DNA of 64,000 nt, from assembly GCA_036172245.1 (NCBI GenBank), contig JAYWIR010000013.1, forward strand, positions 558,001-622,000, read 5' to 3'. Source of the stretch: Raillietiella orientalis. Its lineage: Eukaryota. A program made the position numbers and the translations under genes. Below, in pieces: positions 1 through 13,900 of the stretch; position 1 is the first letter of the stretch, and every line of letters begins with the position of its first letter. Below the pieces are notes generated by a model. That model did no database searches and was not told where the DNA came from. It saw only the letters and a program-made list of their open reading frames with translations.

Positions 1-2344
1 ATACTTAAAGTGGGGGATGACCTTTAGGTGCTTTCCCCGAAGACGAATGTGCGCGCGAGGGAGAAGACATCTTCCTTGGGCTTTCCACCCTATGAATAAT
101 CTCCGGGAATACCGCGGGGCGATTTGCATTTGTATACTACTGTTACGTGCGGGGGCAGGAGGCGTTGCTTCACACCCGCGCGCGCTCCGCGGTCGCTAAC
201 GACGACCGGTTGCTGCGGAGACGTGTGGCTCATCCATTGTTGCCGTTCCGCGCACCTCGGAGCGAGAATTCCTCCGCACTCCGCATCGGCGCTGCTAATA
301 GTGGCGCACCGCGGTGCATGCGAGACTCAACGTCAAACGGCATCATTGTGCCCCTCTGGTGGGGTGGTGTATCTGTCACCTGCCGGGGTGAACGGCACCC
401 CCTCTTCGACCCGTGGGCTGCTGCCCACTCCAATCAACAACGAGCTCTTCTGCGAAAACACGTATCACGGAAGCCATGTGTGACACACGCCTAATCGTTC
501 GCTTAAAGCGCCAGCGAGCGCGGCAGATGTTAATAGAAACATGCGCAAACTCATTTGGTGTTTAACTGCTTGCTCAAAGCCTGCAATAAAGCGAGAAATG
601 ATTTGGCAGGACGTACAAAGATTGTGCATAGCGAAAACGAATAGCAGATGAAGGAGATCATTTCGCCTTCTGCAGTCCTTTCGTCTCACCGCCTTGCATG
701 AAGCCCCACCGCCGAAAAAAAAAAATTTTGATCCCGCTCCTCCTTGCCGCACCACAGGAATAACACGCGTAAAAAGCATCACACGCGTATCGTGAAGACC
801 TCCCATCGAAAACGCACCACTAGGAACGGCCATCAGAGGAAGCACCTCCATCCTCATTTCCACCTCTTGTAGTCTTCGTTCGGAAAACGCCATCCCCGGC
901 CATCCCTTCATCCCTGCATGAGGATTCCATGTTTGACAACCAACGTGGCGCAATTTGCAGGATAGCACCCCTGGCGCTTTGCAAACATTACGGCATGAAT
1001 GAATTCTTTCTCATGGAACAAGGGGGAGACCAGGGGAAATTCTTTTTCCTCCGGTGTCTAATTCTTAATCAGCGCTTCACAGCTACAGTTTGTGTGTGAT
1101 TGGGAATTCCTCCAGTTCCCTGCTTTCCTACTGCACATCCGCAAGGATTCCTTTGGATAAAGATTCTTCTTGAACCATGTGCGAACGTTCTGCAGTGGGA
1201 ACCGGTAGTCGCACGAGGTTGTTCTCCCAGCAAACTTCGATGCGAACACTCTGCAGAGGGGGAGAGAAAGAAACGAGCCGGTATGTCAAAAATCCTTTTT
1301 GATCACACATCAGACATTTACCGCATATGGGTTCCCTCTTGTGACACATGTTTCATCCTGGGTCGATGGAATGATCGAAGTGCTTCACGAAGTCGTTTCC
1401 AGGACTTTCTCGATTTCTCAATTACTGATGACGCTGCTTCGCATTCATGAAAACGCCATAACAATTCTGTGGGAACTAATTCTATTAGACATTCGTTCCA
1501 GATGTATACGTGAAACAGAAAAGAAAAAAAAAAAAAAGAATCTCAGGCAGAAATACTTCGTGTGATATTTTCATGCTTTAAAGGAACATCCAAAAATAGC
1601 AGCTCACAGAGTTGTTAAGATTAGATTTCCATGGATTTTGATGCGCGGTTCTCCCTTGTACTGAAGTTTGAATCACCATGCTTTCTTGCGATTTTTATCT
1701 GAGAAAAAGCAAATAGAGGTAACAAGGATGAAAGATGGCTCAATCCTAACAATAGATTATCAGATGCCTTGGAAGCATCGTTCTACTTTGCTTCCATAAA
1801 ATGTAAAGCTCTGCTTCCCCCCCCCCCTCAAAAAAAAAGAGAGAGAGAGGGAGAGAAGAAAAAAAAAAAAAAGAAAAATCCACTTAAAGAGCAAGGCGAT
1901 GCAAAAAAAAAACATCGTCACATTTCAAAAAATGGATGTGCCGAAATAGACACGAATATTGTTCGGAATATGGGTGTTCGATGTTCTAAGAATTTGGGAT
2001 TTCTATCCATCAGGAACCGAATCTGTGCAGAGGTATGGCACTCTTGCTTCTGCATTACGTAATGATTTGATTGGTGGGAAATTGATGCTCTCAAGAATCC
2101 AAATAGATTCGTGCCAGACACTATATCCAGGATGATTAATAACCTTACTGAGGAAACAAAGAAATATGCTAAAAAATTAATGCTGAAATTCGAGAATTTT
2201 TTTTTCTTCTCTCTCTCCCTTTCCTGTGCAATGACGATTTTCTCTCGTTTTGGATAGTGAAATCACGCAAAACAGACATGCAATTATCGGCCTGATGCTT
2301 ACTTTCGAAATGAGATGTTTTAATAGGAAAAGGATTATCCATTG

Positions 2345-2347
<3 letters not shown>

Positions 2348-2378
<31 letters not shown>
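2348..2378. repeat. (TG)n microsatellite
   Basis: About 15 perfect TG units seen directly. Confidence 0.95.
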
Positions 2379-2382
<4 letters not shown>

Positions 2383-4022
2383 CCTTGTTCGAGCTGTCTG
2401 ATTGGAATTCATACGCTATCTTGCTCATTTGCATTCCAATCCCGTGCTTCACGCTCATCGTCAAAACCGTACAAATGAAAAACAGCATGACATCGAATCC
2501 TGCAACTGTCAGCGTTCCTTTCAAAACCCACTTACGGTTTAACAGGAGTGGGAAAAGCATCGGGAAGGCAAACAAACAAGCAATCGGCAGCAGCGGGTTT
2601 GATCAAAATTTCAAGCGAGTCCCAAATGTGAATTAATTTTTTACACCATCGATCGGGCGTGAAAAGCGCGCGGCACCACTCACCGTGCGCCATCACAATT
2701 ATTGAGGCACTGTTGCCACCACGCGTCCGTCGTCAGCGGATTGGGTTTTGTCAACGGACGGATAATTCTGGTGCGACGTTCAAGTTCGCAATTTTTTTTC
2801 TTAGACATGAAAAAAAAAAAAACATGTTCCTTGGACTACTGATTTTCCCTTCATAATTCAAACTCTTTGTTTCAAGAGTGAGAAATCTAAATCGCACGAA
2901 TAGGAAGCACATCAATCGTGCAAACAATCGTTTTTTTCTTCTTTCTTTTTTTTTTTAAAGAAAAAGAACTACAGCAAATGGCTGTGATGCTTCGGGTCTG
3001 AGGACGTCGCTACAGCAGAAGTGGTCGATTCATAAACAGTTTCTTTTAACACACTGGGAGGAGCTCACTTGAGCGTGGTCAATAGCGTTCTTTTTTTGGA
3101 TTTCTTGCAACTCGTGTGAGCTCCGAGAGTCGAACGCGCGCTTCCCTGATCAGAATTTCACTTATTTATGATCCAGTTTTCCAAGTGCTGGCATTTTCAC
3201 CGAAATTATGGAGAGCTCCTTGATTACTCGGAAGTGCAAAGCCGGGGGATTGCATTACGTCCACTCGCAGCACGGGCGCACACGAACGCGCCTACTTTTC
3301 GATCCCATCCTGCACGGAGTTACTCTCGATAAATACTGCGGCGGCGGCGGCGGCGGGGGGGATGGGGAAGGGGGGGGGAGGAGGGGAAATCGCCGTGCCC
3401 CGGCACCAGCTCCGCCAACGCAAGCTTCCCGGACTCTCTTTTCCTTTCTTCCTCTTCTTTTTCTCTCTTGTCGTTCACCGAGGACCACCCCACACGCCCC
3501 TTATCCCCTTGCCGGTTTAAACGACGCGAAGGCACGCAAAGCGAAGGCGTCTCCGGACAGGACGCGCTTCCCGTTTCCGAGGCTCTGCAAACGAATGTTT
3601 CCTTCATCCACTCCTGCCGAGAGCGGATCGGGAGACAAATTTAAAGCTGCCTGAATTTTTCTCGTTCCTCTTTTTCTCTTTGTTTCGCACGTGCCTTTGG
3701 CGAGTAATCGGCGCTCCCCTTCCTCATGCACCTCCTCCCTCCCCCTCCTCCCTCCTCCTCGCGGAGTCGGAATGAATCTTTGCGAAGTGAGCTGCTGAGT
3801 GAAGCCATTTAATTACAAGAGTACTCGCGGTCGGTACCTGGCAACACCTGAAATTTCTCCCTCGTCAGCAACGCTCGTTTCACTCCACCCTTGAATCCCC
3901 CCCCCCCTTCCTTCCTCCGAAAATCATCATCGAAATTGTCTTCTGACGATTAGAGAGCCGATGCGCGACGAGAGAGATGGCAGCGGTCGTCCCCGTTACG
4001 GGAGGACTGCCTCCCTCGCACT

Positions 4023-4057
4023 TCCTCCTCCTCCTCCTCCTCCTCCTCCTCCTCCTC
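4023..4057. repeat. (CCT)n microsatellite
   Basis: About 11 perfect CCT units; gives the poly-Leu/Arg/Gly runs in shadow ORFs. Confidence 0.95.
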
Positions 4058-7000
4058 GTCGGCGTCGGGGGAGTCGCCTGCTGCTCCCGGCGAGCTGAGA
4101 AGTCGTGCCGTATCCCTGCTTTCCTTCCCACGTCACGCGCGCGCGGGAGCCCGCAGCTCCTTTCAAGTGTCCAACCTGCAGCGCGTGCTGCCGCCTGCCT
4201 CTCCCTTCGACTCGCTCGTCGTCACCTGGTAATCTCCGTCGCTCCCCCGCCCTCTCCCCCCGCGCGCGTCGGTCCCTCCGAAACGCGACGCTTCCGATCG
4301 AGTCTTCCCCTTCGAGGAGGGGGGCTGCGCTCCCGGCAGCGTGACTCCTTCGCGTTCCCCTTTCCTTTCGCCCCTGTCCCGCGGCGCGCGCCTTCGGCAC
4401 CGTAACCCCGGGTGGTCGCGGCGGCGTCGCCGCCGGGCAGGTCTGCCTTCCTCGTTCCCGCGCGACCCCGTCCCTCGAAATCCTCTCCCTCACCTTTCCC
4501 TCCACAGCTCTGTTTCGGCGGGAGCGAACCGGGACGTCCCGCACGTTCCGGGCAACGGCAGAGCCACGGGAGACGACGGCGAAGGCCACTCCCGACTAGT
4601 GGCGACACCGGAGTTCGGCGAAAGAGACCGGAGGGAAGAAACTACTCGATGCTCTTCGGAATCGGGGAGGAGGGAAGCGAAGGCGGGGAGCGAGCATTCT
4701 CCGGAGCCAGGGCAACGGCCCGTGACTTTCCAGGAGTTGTTGGAGAGACAGTGCGAGACTCCGGTGGCTGAGGGGAGGAGGAGGAGGGACGGTCGCGCAG
4801 AGACGAACGTCCCGCACCATACGCGAAGCCCCTCCTCCCCCTTTTGCCGACTCCGCGTCTCCCGCAGGAGCTCGCGGGAAAAGTCGACGGGAGAGGGGTC
4901 CCGGACCGCGCTGGCTGCCGAGACGACCCAGGGGGGCCTTGGAAACAGAAAGGGAGTGGGAGGTAAGGGGCGAGAAAGGAGCGGTTTGGACCATGCGAGA
5001 GAGAGGGAGAGGAGAGGAGAAAGAAGGTGGGAAGAGGGGAAGAAGCGAGGCCGGAGGGGGAGGTGGGGGCCGAGGGAGGGACCAGGTGATCTGGGAGGAA
5101 GCGTGTAACCGGTGCGTTGGCGCAACTCAGAGGCTGCGCGACTGCCCCCTCCTCCTTTCCATTCCGAGCGGGCGCGCGTGCCCCGATGTGCCTTGCCGAC
5201 GGATGCGGCGGTGGACCCGGCTGTAGGGAATCCTGGAAGAGCGGAAGCGCCCGGGGCCTGCACTTCAAAAAAACAAAAAACCTCGCGGAAGAAGGGAAGG
5301 GGAGGAGGAAGGAAAGCGAAAACATAAAAAGGGGAAGAGGGGGAGGGGAGGCCATTCCCGAGTCTCCCGGAAAAAGGGAGCGGAATCTGAGAGAGGACTC
5401 CTCCGTCCGGGCGAAAGTGGCTTCGGGAGGGCAGGCGTTCCGGGAAGCGTTCCCGGGTGCCCTCAGAGGCTCGGGGCGACCGGGTCCCTCCACCCCGCCG
5501 CCCTCCCGATGCGCAATTTCCAGGTAGCGCCCCTCCACCTGGAAGAAGAGGGTGGGAGAGAGGGACGTCCACCGGCGCGTACATACCCACGCCTACGCGA
5601 CGTTCGCGGCAGGGCGCCTCGTGGGGAGACTCCAGCTGTTCCCGTCGTGCGGCGGCCTCGCCTCCGCGCCCACCCGCGCGGGAAAAGGTCGCCGTCTTCC
5701 TGGGTGTTCTGCGCTTGGCACACCACCACGCGGATGCTTCCCGCTGAGAGCGCGCGCCGCGCCGGTGTTCCGCGGTCGGGTTGAGGCGCCGCCGCTCCTG
5801 GAGGTTCCTGGAAAACGGACGCGCGCGCGAAGGATGCGCTTCGGGAGGAATAGCTCCCGGAGCAGGAGGAGGAGGACGCTCGTTCTGCCGGAGGACTCCT
5901 GCCGGAGGCGGCCCATCCGAAGAGAAAAGGGGGGAGAGGGATAAAGCCGTCGGGAGAAGCATGACATCATCCGTAGAGGGAGGAGGAGTGCGGCGAACGT
6001 TCGGGGCACACGCGAGGAGGTCACGCCCACCTCCTGGAGCGCCCTCCAGAAAACGATGGATCCTGCCGGGAAGAGGCAGATGAGTTCCTTCCTTTCGTGG
6101 TAAGGAACGGGAAGAGGAGATGAAAGAAGGGAAAGGAAGCAAAGAAAAGGGAAGGAGGAATCGAGAGGGATAAGGGGGAAAGCTCGATCTTCTTCCCTCA
6201 AGCTCCCATCTCAGGGATGCTGCTCTGCCCTTCTGCCCTGCCCGGGGATGCTCAGCGGACGCTCGAACGGGGAGGCCAGTCGCGGAGGGGCTGATCAGCC
6301 CCGCCCGTCCATCGCGGCGCTGATCATCCCCCCCGACCCGCTGTCCGCGCCGCTGAGCAGTGCTGCCAGGCTCCGGGTGGACTCTCCCAACCAGGTCCGG
6401 AGGCCTTCCTCTCCTCGTCTGCGATCTGTGCGTTGCCACGGAAGCAGGCGAATCCGGATTTCCGCCCGGAGAGGACCGGGCAGCCTTCCTTCCTGCGACC
6501 CCCGAGTTCCCGGTGCACGAGTGGGGCGGCTGCCTGCAGGTAGTGGTCGGGAAGAGAAAGGCAGGAGAAGGGGAGGTTTGCGCGCGCGCGCACGAGCACG
6601 TGCCGCTCCCCCCTCCTCCCCACCCGGTGGCGCGCGCCCTCATCCGAGAGCGGTCGCGCGGTCCGCCCGCCGAAAAAACCGCTCCGGAAACTCGCGTGTA
6701 CCCGGAGACGGGAATAGGGCGGTAATGCCCCGGAGCACGTACGCTCGCAATTATTCCCGAAATGGGTCGCCCAGTGAAGGTCCCGAGCGATCGGCAGTAA
6801 ATGACGGGCATCCATCATCGGTACCAAAATTGCATCTTGTCAACATATGGACCTGGGAGAAGGAAAAGGAAGAAAAAAAAATCGGGAAATGGGGAGAGAG
6901 GAGGAGATGGAGGAGGAGGATGGGAATTGGTGGAGGCGCCGGGCTCAAGGACACGGTCCTAACTGGCTCGCCCCGTTTCCTGGGCAGCGACTCTGTGACG

Positions 7001-10000
7001 ACGACAGATGTGGACGCGCGCGCCCACACTCCTGGCGCGTGGATGCTGCTGGCAGCCTCGCTGGTCAGCCGCCATAGCTTTCCTGCCGATTGGAAATGGG
7101 GAAGGGGGTAAGGGACGCGGGTCGCTCGGTTGCCTTCGGTAGACGGACGGTAGGACGGACCACAGGGGAGGAGGGCAGCGGAGGTGACTCGCGCCGCGAT
7201 GCGCGCCGGAGGGCGGGCGGTTCCTGGACCGGCCTGCGCCCTTCCCTGGCGGAGGGGGCGCGGTGACCGATGCAGGAGTGATATTGCGGACCCCTTTCGT
7301 GCTGACCTCCCCTGCCGACCTCTACGCCTCCGGCACCCGAAAGTGCAACCGCAGTCCTCGCCAAGGAGGAGGAGGAAACGCTGGCGGTAAGCGCAGGGTC
7401 TTTCCCTGGGGGGTTGACTCCGCCGCGCTCCCAGTAACCGCAGCGGTGGCTTCTTGGCCGCATGCTGGGCGACCTCCAGCTGACTTACTGTATCCCTCTC
7501 GCCTCCGGCATCCCCTGCTCCCCCGTATGCTAGTCTGACCTCTTCCCCTGACAGGGTGGCCAACGCGCGTTCGGAACTGGGTCAACCTGACCTCTCGGGA
7601 GAAGCGCACCTCTCCCCTTTGGATTCACAGGGGTTCAGAGCGCAACTCTGCGTTTCTCCTGCATGCCCCCTCCTTTTGGGACCAATTTCCTCTGGTTCCC
7701 CCCCTTCCCTCGCCCCCTCTCCTTGTTGGGTGCGTTCCTCTGGATGGCGTGGCCGTTCGCTCCAGTCCGAATGAGTCGGCGGGGTGCCCGGGCAGATTCC
7801 TCGTTCTTCGAGCTGACCACCTCTTCCAGCGCACCCGTTCCCCTTCCTCGAGGAGGGTCCGCGGAATGTCTCTAGGGAACCCCCAGGCGAGGAGTTTCCG
7901 GTGCTCAGTGGATACCGCCTTCTTCCCGTCGCGTGGGTGTCCGGACTGGGCTATCAGTGCTCGCCTCACGCCAGAAGCCTGGGAGAGGGAAGGGCACTTC
8001 CGGACTCTCCGGCGGATGACCGACCACCCTTTCTCGTGGAGACCTCACGCGCCTCAGGCAGGCGTTTCGTCTCGGCAGGGGGTGGGGATGGGGGGTGGAA
8101 GCAACTCTGCGCTGCCTGGAACCAATGGGGCCCAACAACCACGTGCGGGGAGGAGGAACAGGAAAATGCGGAGCGCTTCCTGCAAGCTTACGTCCCTGCT
8201 CTCGGGGCCTCGGACAGCTCGCCAGCGGGAGGGACCACTCTCCCCGATTTTTCCAAGAAGTACCCATCGGAAGACATGCTTCCACGCAGAGCGAGAGCGG
8301 AGGGAGGGAGGATGACCTACGGCACGGGAAGTCAGGGAGTAGGGGAACAGCAGGCTTCGGTCTCAAAAGGTCAGCGCGTTCCCGGGCGACGTGCGCAGAG
8401 TGTGGTGCTGAAAGTCTTTCCGCGCTCCCGGAGGCCTCTCTGACTGGGCGCACGCGCCTCCTCCTCCAAGCACAGGCGTGGGCGATGCTGTCACTTCCTA
8501 GAATCTCCCTCCGCTCTGGCCGTCCACCCCTCTTCCCAGGACAACGAGGTGGACGAACGGGCGCGAGCGCGCGCATTACCGCCTCCCGAACGGCCGACCG
8601 AGTTACGCGTGCGTGCGCGCTGACGCGGTTTTCCGGAGGGGAGCGACTGCAGCGGGGAGTCCCTCTCTAGGACTCCAGGCAGGTCCTGAGGCGGGACCCT
8701 TCCGGGTCCGGGAGGGGGGGAGGAGCGCGCCCCCACTTCAGAGGAGTCCCGCGAGGTGCACCCCTGAGGTGGGGCATCCCTCCGCTGTCGCGGGAGCCGG
8801 ACGGGAGAACCCTAGGGAACGGCTCGTGAGGACACGCGAGGGTCACGCTCGGGAGCGGCGGGGAAGCCGCGAGACAGAGGGCGCTGGAAAGGAGGGGAGG
8901 CATGGGAAGCGTCGGGTCGCCTGGGAGACGGGGAGGAGCCGTCGCCGCGGCGGAAAGGCGCACTGGCGGGCGTATGAAGAGCCGCTGCTGCTCCCCCCTG
9001 TTGCCGAGCATGGTGAGGGCACGTGGCGCTGCGCCTCGGGAAAGGACCCATGGAGCGCGAGGAGAGCGAGTGACCACATGGAGGGCCGCTCGTCGGCTCC
9101 TGCGTGCGTGTTTCGCCTGCGGATGCGTCCGTACGCCCGCCCGCACTTGAGAGATGCGCGGCGTAGTGAGGCCGCAGATCGTCTGCGGTGCGGATGCAGA
9201 GATCTGCATCCGTGCTGCAGGCGAGAGGAGGCTTTGCGTTCGTCTCCCGCCGTCGTGACGTGGTGTTTCGCCTCCTTCATCTCCGAGTTGGTCTCCGAGA
9301 TCTCCGGAAACTTCCCGAGGGACCGCCGGCGCTCCAGGTGGGGATTAAATTCGAGAGGAGGAGGATTCCTTCCTTCCCTCCTTCCTCTTTTCCTCAGCTC
9401 TCCTCCTCTTCCGCCCCGTCCCGACCCCATTCACGAAAAACGAAGGTCGACGCTGAGGCTGCGCTGCGCTGGAAGACGCCGACGCCAAGCACCGGTTCGC
9501 ACGGCAGACGCGCCGCGGAGGAGGACGTGCAGAGGGAAACGGGAAGGATGTGTGCGCGTGGGGGTGGGGAGTAGGGCGGGGAGAGTGTAAGGAGCTGCAG
9601 AGGAGGTGGAGGAGGTGGGGGCGGATGCACCGCTCCGCCTCGATTTCGCGGGTAGTCGGAGGGAGCGAAACGGGCAGGCCCGCGAGGAAAGAGGAGCCGA
9701 GTTCCTGGGGCCACCTCGTGGCGGCCCCCCTCTCCCGGAGAGGGAGGCGACGGCGGCGGCGCGCCTTCCCTTGCTGCACGGAGCGTCCACGAGCCGATGC
9801 TTCGCCCCCCCGTGCTCCTGGTTTTTTTCGAGGGAGAGGGAGGGGAGAGAAAGGGACGCTCTTCCTCGCGAATGGATCGTTCCCCCCCACCCCGTTGCTC
9901 TCCCGCCGCTTGCTTCACTCCCCCTTCGTTTCCCTGACTCTGCTCCCGGGATATGGGCTGCCCGTCGTTCACCCCCCGGCGCAGCTGAGAGGACCGGGGC

Positions 10001-10951
10001 CGACCGGCCGCAGGAAAAGGGGAGTTGCTCCTTTTCCTCCTCCTCTCTTCACCTCCCTTTCCCTTCCCGTTCTGAGGGCACGCGTTCCTTCTTCGGCGCG
10101 CGGGCCGCAGGAAGGCTCCGGCCTCTGCGGGCCGCTGCTTCCGGCGGGGGAGGGGACGAACGCGAGGAAAAAGGAAAAAAAAAGGAAAGGAGGCAAAAAG
10201 GGGGAAGGGGAGGGAAAGGAAGAGGAGAAAGGTAGGGAGGAGGAGGACGGAAAGGAGGGGAGAGCGGGAAACCTTGGGAGGATGGCAAAGACGCGCACAG
10301 CGCATGCTGCTGGCGGACCCGCCTACGGTGTTCTCCCTGCGCGCGTGCACGCATTCGCGCGAGACAGGTGCGTGCGTCCCGTTTAGTCCGATTTCCGTGC
10401 GAAGGTTCGGGATGGCAGGAGAGAGAGGGGGGGAGGAGGGGAAGGAGGGGCATAAAAAAAGAACGAAAAAAAGGGGGGGGGGGAGATCAAAGGGAGTAGA
10501 TGGTGCCGGTGGTGGTGGGTGAGGAGGGGGGTCGCCGAGGGACCTTCGCGCTCCCTTAACACGCGAGTCCTCCCTTCTCCCCTCCTTCACCTTCGGGGAA
10601 GAAGGAAGAAAGGGGGGAGGGGGGAGATTTTCTTTTCCCCGCGCTCTCGCGCTCCGCGCTCGGGAGCCGGGGAGCGAGTTGGTTCGGTGAGAAGCCGCCG
10701 GGAGCCGCCCGTGTCGCGTCGCGGACAACCGTCGCGTCTTCTGAGCGCCGCCGCCTTCGCCGGTGCCGCCGCTGCACCCTCCATCCCGCCTGCTGCTCTC
10801 TGAGGCTCTTCTGCGGCCTCCCGGGATTAATCCCTCTCTCCCTCCAACCCTACCCTACCCAGCACCACTACCTCCCCTCCCCCCTTTTTTTTTTCATTCA
10901 TCACTGCTGCTTCCCATCTCCCCCTACCCCCTTCGCCGCGGCTGCCCAGGG

Positions 10952-10973
10952 CGACGACGACGACGACGACGAC
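10952..10973. repeat. (CGA)n microsatellite
   Basis: About 7 perfect CGA units with a degenerate extension to ~10985. Confidence 0.9.
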
Positions 10974-13900
10974 AACGGCGACGACCAAGGAGACTCAGCT
11001 TGGAGTGCCAGAAGCAGCGACAGCCCTTCTCCTTCTCCCCTGCAGGTGGGGGAGGGAGGAAACGGGGGGTGGGGGAGTTTTCGGATGGTTTTGGTGAAGT
11101 CCCCACGACTCTCTCCTCACCCCAACCCCCTGTCCCCAGCCTCTCTCACAAAAATAAGCTGCTTTCACGCCGCTCCTGCGGGAGGTAGGGAATTCCTGTC
11201 CAGGTAAGCGGGGGAGACGAGGGAGAGTTTCCCAGATACCTCCGTTCCCGCCTCGGGGTTTCGGATGGGCGGTGGAAGGGGAGGAGCTGGAAGGCCAGGA
11301 TTCTCTCCTACCCTCCCCCGCTCCCCCTTCCACTCGTTCCCCGCGCAAGGGCGGGGATTGCGTGCGTGCACGCGCACGCATGCACGCACGGCAGCTGCCA
11401 CTCCTCCAGGAAGTTGCGCGCGCCACCTGCAGGAAGGTGATCTCTCGGTAGCCCGCCGCGGTCCAGGGGGGTGGAGGCAGCGTCGCGGCTCTTCCCCCCT
11501 CCATCTTCCTTCTCCCTTCTTCCTCCTCTCTGCAGCCCTGCGGACCAGCAACGAAAAGGGAAGGAAGCGTCTGTTTCCAGGGATTCCCTCCTGCCCTTTC
11601 TCCCTTCCTCCCCTCCCCTCCCGGTCTCTTGCGCATTCCTCGATCCCAACCCAACTGCATCCTTCCTCATCCCCTCTTGATCCTTTTCCTCTTCCTGATT
11701 CCTCTCTCTCCCGGTTGCACTGTCGAGATCCGTCCTCGGTCGCAGCGCCGTCGTCTGGTGGGGTGACGACAGCCTCCGCGCAAACCAGCTGAGCGCCGCC
11801 GTGGTCGCTCCCTCCCCCACCGACTCCCCACGCAGTGTGCATGAGGAGAGGGGGGACGGCCCTTTCGTCGCATTCGACCTCTCTCAACCTTTCGAGGGGC
11901 GGACCGACGCCGCTTGCTTGTTGCTGCTGCCGTTGGTCCTGGAGCCGCTCCCCGACCGGCAGTAGAGAATGAAGCCTCCATTCTCCCTTCGGTTGCTGGG
12001 CAATCGGTCTCGGGAATGCTGGAGAGAGGGTCTGGGAGGCGGCGCGTCATCCGCTCTTTCTCAGGGAAGGGCGGGATGCGAGTAACACCTTCGAGAACTG
12101 GCAGGGAGCTAAGAGGAACGTTCGAAGGGGAGGGGAAGTGAAGCGGATGAGGATGTGGACCACTGGAAGAATCACGTCCGCCAACGCCGGTTCCTGCACA
12201 TGCCTGATGCTGCTGCCTCAGGGAACCGCCAAGGATGAATGCATAAACGACCATTCAGGAAGCTGTGGTTCGAGTAGGAGGCGTGGGTCGACCCCCACGG
12301 ACTACGGGCGAGAGATCTGTGGTTCCGCTAGGAAGCCTGCGGTCCAAATAGGCGTGGGACAGCCGGATCGAAGACAGTGGGAAGTGGGTCACAGGAATGA
12401 GCCTAGATGCGGCGCAAAGCCCAGTGGTGGACCCCAAAAACCCGGCTCGATGCACCCGGTCGGCCCCTCCGGGAGCCAGCCACTGGGAGAGAGCTGAGGG
12501 GGGAGGAGCCAGCCAAAGACCGGATCCTAGCGCCTCTGGGAGTCGGCCACCCGCACCTTCCTCGGGGAAGTGGCGCTGTCGGCCTTGCAGGAGCGAAGCT
12601 CCTCCGGCCCCAAAGGTGACTTCCGCAGGCAACTCCGACGCAAGGAGGCCGGCCAGCTGCGCGGCGACGGGGACCTGGCAGGGACTGGCAGAGTCGCCTG
12701 CACCCTCTGGAAGAGGGGAACCCGCAGGGGAAGTCCGGCCGTGGCCGCAGGAGCGGTGGGCACCCCTCAATCACCCCTTTCATCCCCCGCCTCTGCAGCC
12801 TCCTCTCTTCACCCCCGGCTTCATGCCTTGGCGCTTCCCAGGTGCGCGCACACCCTTTCTTTCCCTCGGGGACCAGGGGGACGAGGGAGGGTGCTCGCGA
12901 GATACCCGGAAGTCGCCCCGCGGGATAGACGGCAGCCTCAGCGGCGGTGTCGATGTGCAGATCCGCCTAAGGTCTCCGGCGTCCCGGGGAAAAGAGGGAA
13001 GCCTCCCTTGGTTGTCCTCCTCCCTCCCCCCCCCGTTTCTCTGGGTAGAGACGTGAGTCGGCCGTTCCCTGGAGCGAACGCAGCTCGCCTCCACGATTAG
13101 CTAATGGGGAGAGCGACGCAGCAGGAGGAGGAGGGATGAGAGAAGGGGAGGATGGAGAGGATAGAAGGGACGCGTCCGGGAAGGACCACACGAGCCGGGA
13201 AGATTACCGACGTCAGGATGACGGATGCGGGAAGGGAAGGACCCGTCGGAGCTAAGTGGGCGGCCATCGGTCACTCCGGAACAGATAAAGGGATGATATC
13301 TAAAGGGAGAGAGGAGCAGGAGGGTCTATGGGGGAGGGAGACTCCCTCACCACCATCGCCACCCTTCCGAGCCCTGGTCTCGGAAAGGCTCGTCAGGGCG
13401 TTTCGTTCCTTGGGACGATCTCCTTGGGAAGAGCGGGAGGCCCGAAGGCTGGGACCGAAGGACTCGATTCCTTCTCTTCCTTCCACTTCCCTCTCCTCTC
13501 TCGGAGGGCTGGAGAGAAAGCAAAGCAGGTAGAGATGGACCAGGGATGGAAGGAAGAAGGGAGTCCCGGCAGATGGGAGAGGAGAGATGCGTACACCGTC
13601 TCGTCGCGCTCAATAGAAGTGCTAACTCCTCTTCCTTCCTCCGGGAGAGTCTCGGTTCACCCTTTCCTCCTCAGGACTCCCACGATTTCCGGAAAGGGAT
13701 GGTACTGTTCGCGGTGGCAGTTTCGAGGCATCCGTGGGTCGCGTGAGGACGGCGCCTCCTGGGTAAGACAGGGGAGGGAGCGATCGGACGGGTCCTCGTC
13801 CTCGTCCCTCAGGAGGAGGAAGGAAATGTTGCTCCCCGGGAGCGCCGTCGGCAGTTGCCTCCCCACCCTCTCGGAGGTGGCCACTGGGATCCGTCTCTTC

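Noticed and set aside
1425..1455. CTGATGA...GAAA hammerhead-like core (also CTGATGA near 37771, 47143, 53262, 53860)
   Set aside because: No stem II directly closing the two core motifs and no stems I/III.
4490..6811. 773-aa - strand ORF and the many other long ORFs in GC-rich blocks (e.g. 9394..10728, 8613..9590, 59096..60064, 60101..61156)
   Set aside because: R/P/G/S/A-rich low-complexity translations, open in several overlapping frames on both strands, with no recognisable domains; expected from stop-codon scarcity at high GC.
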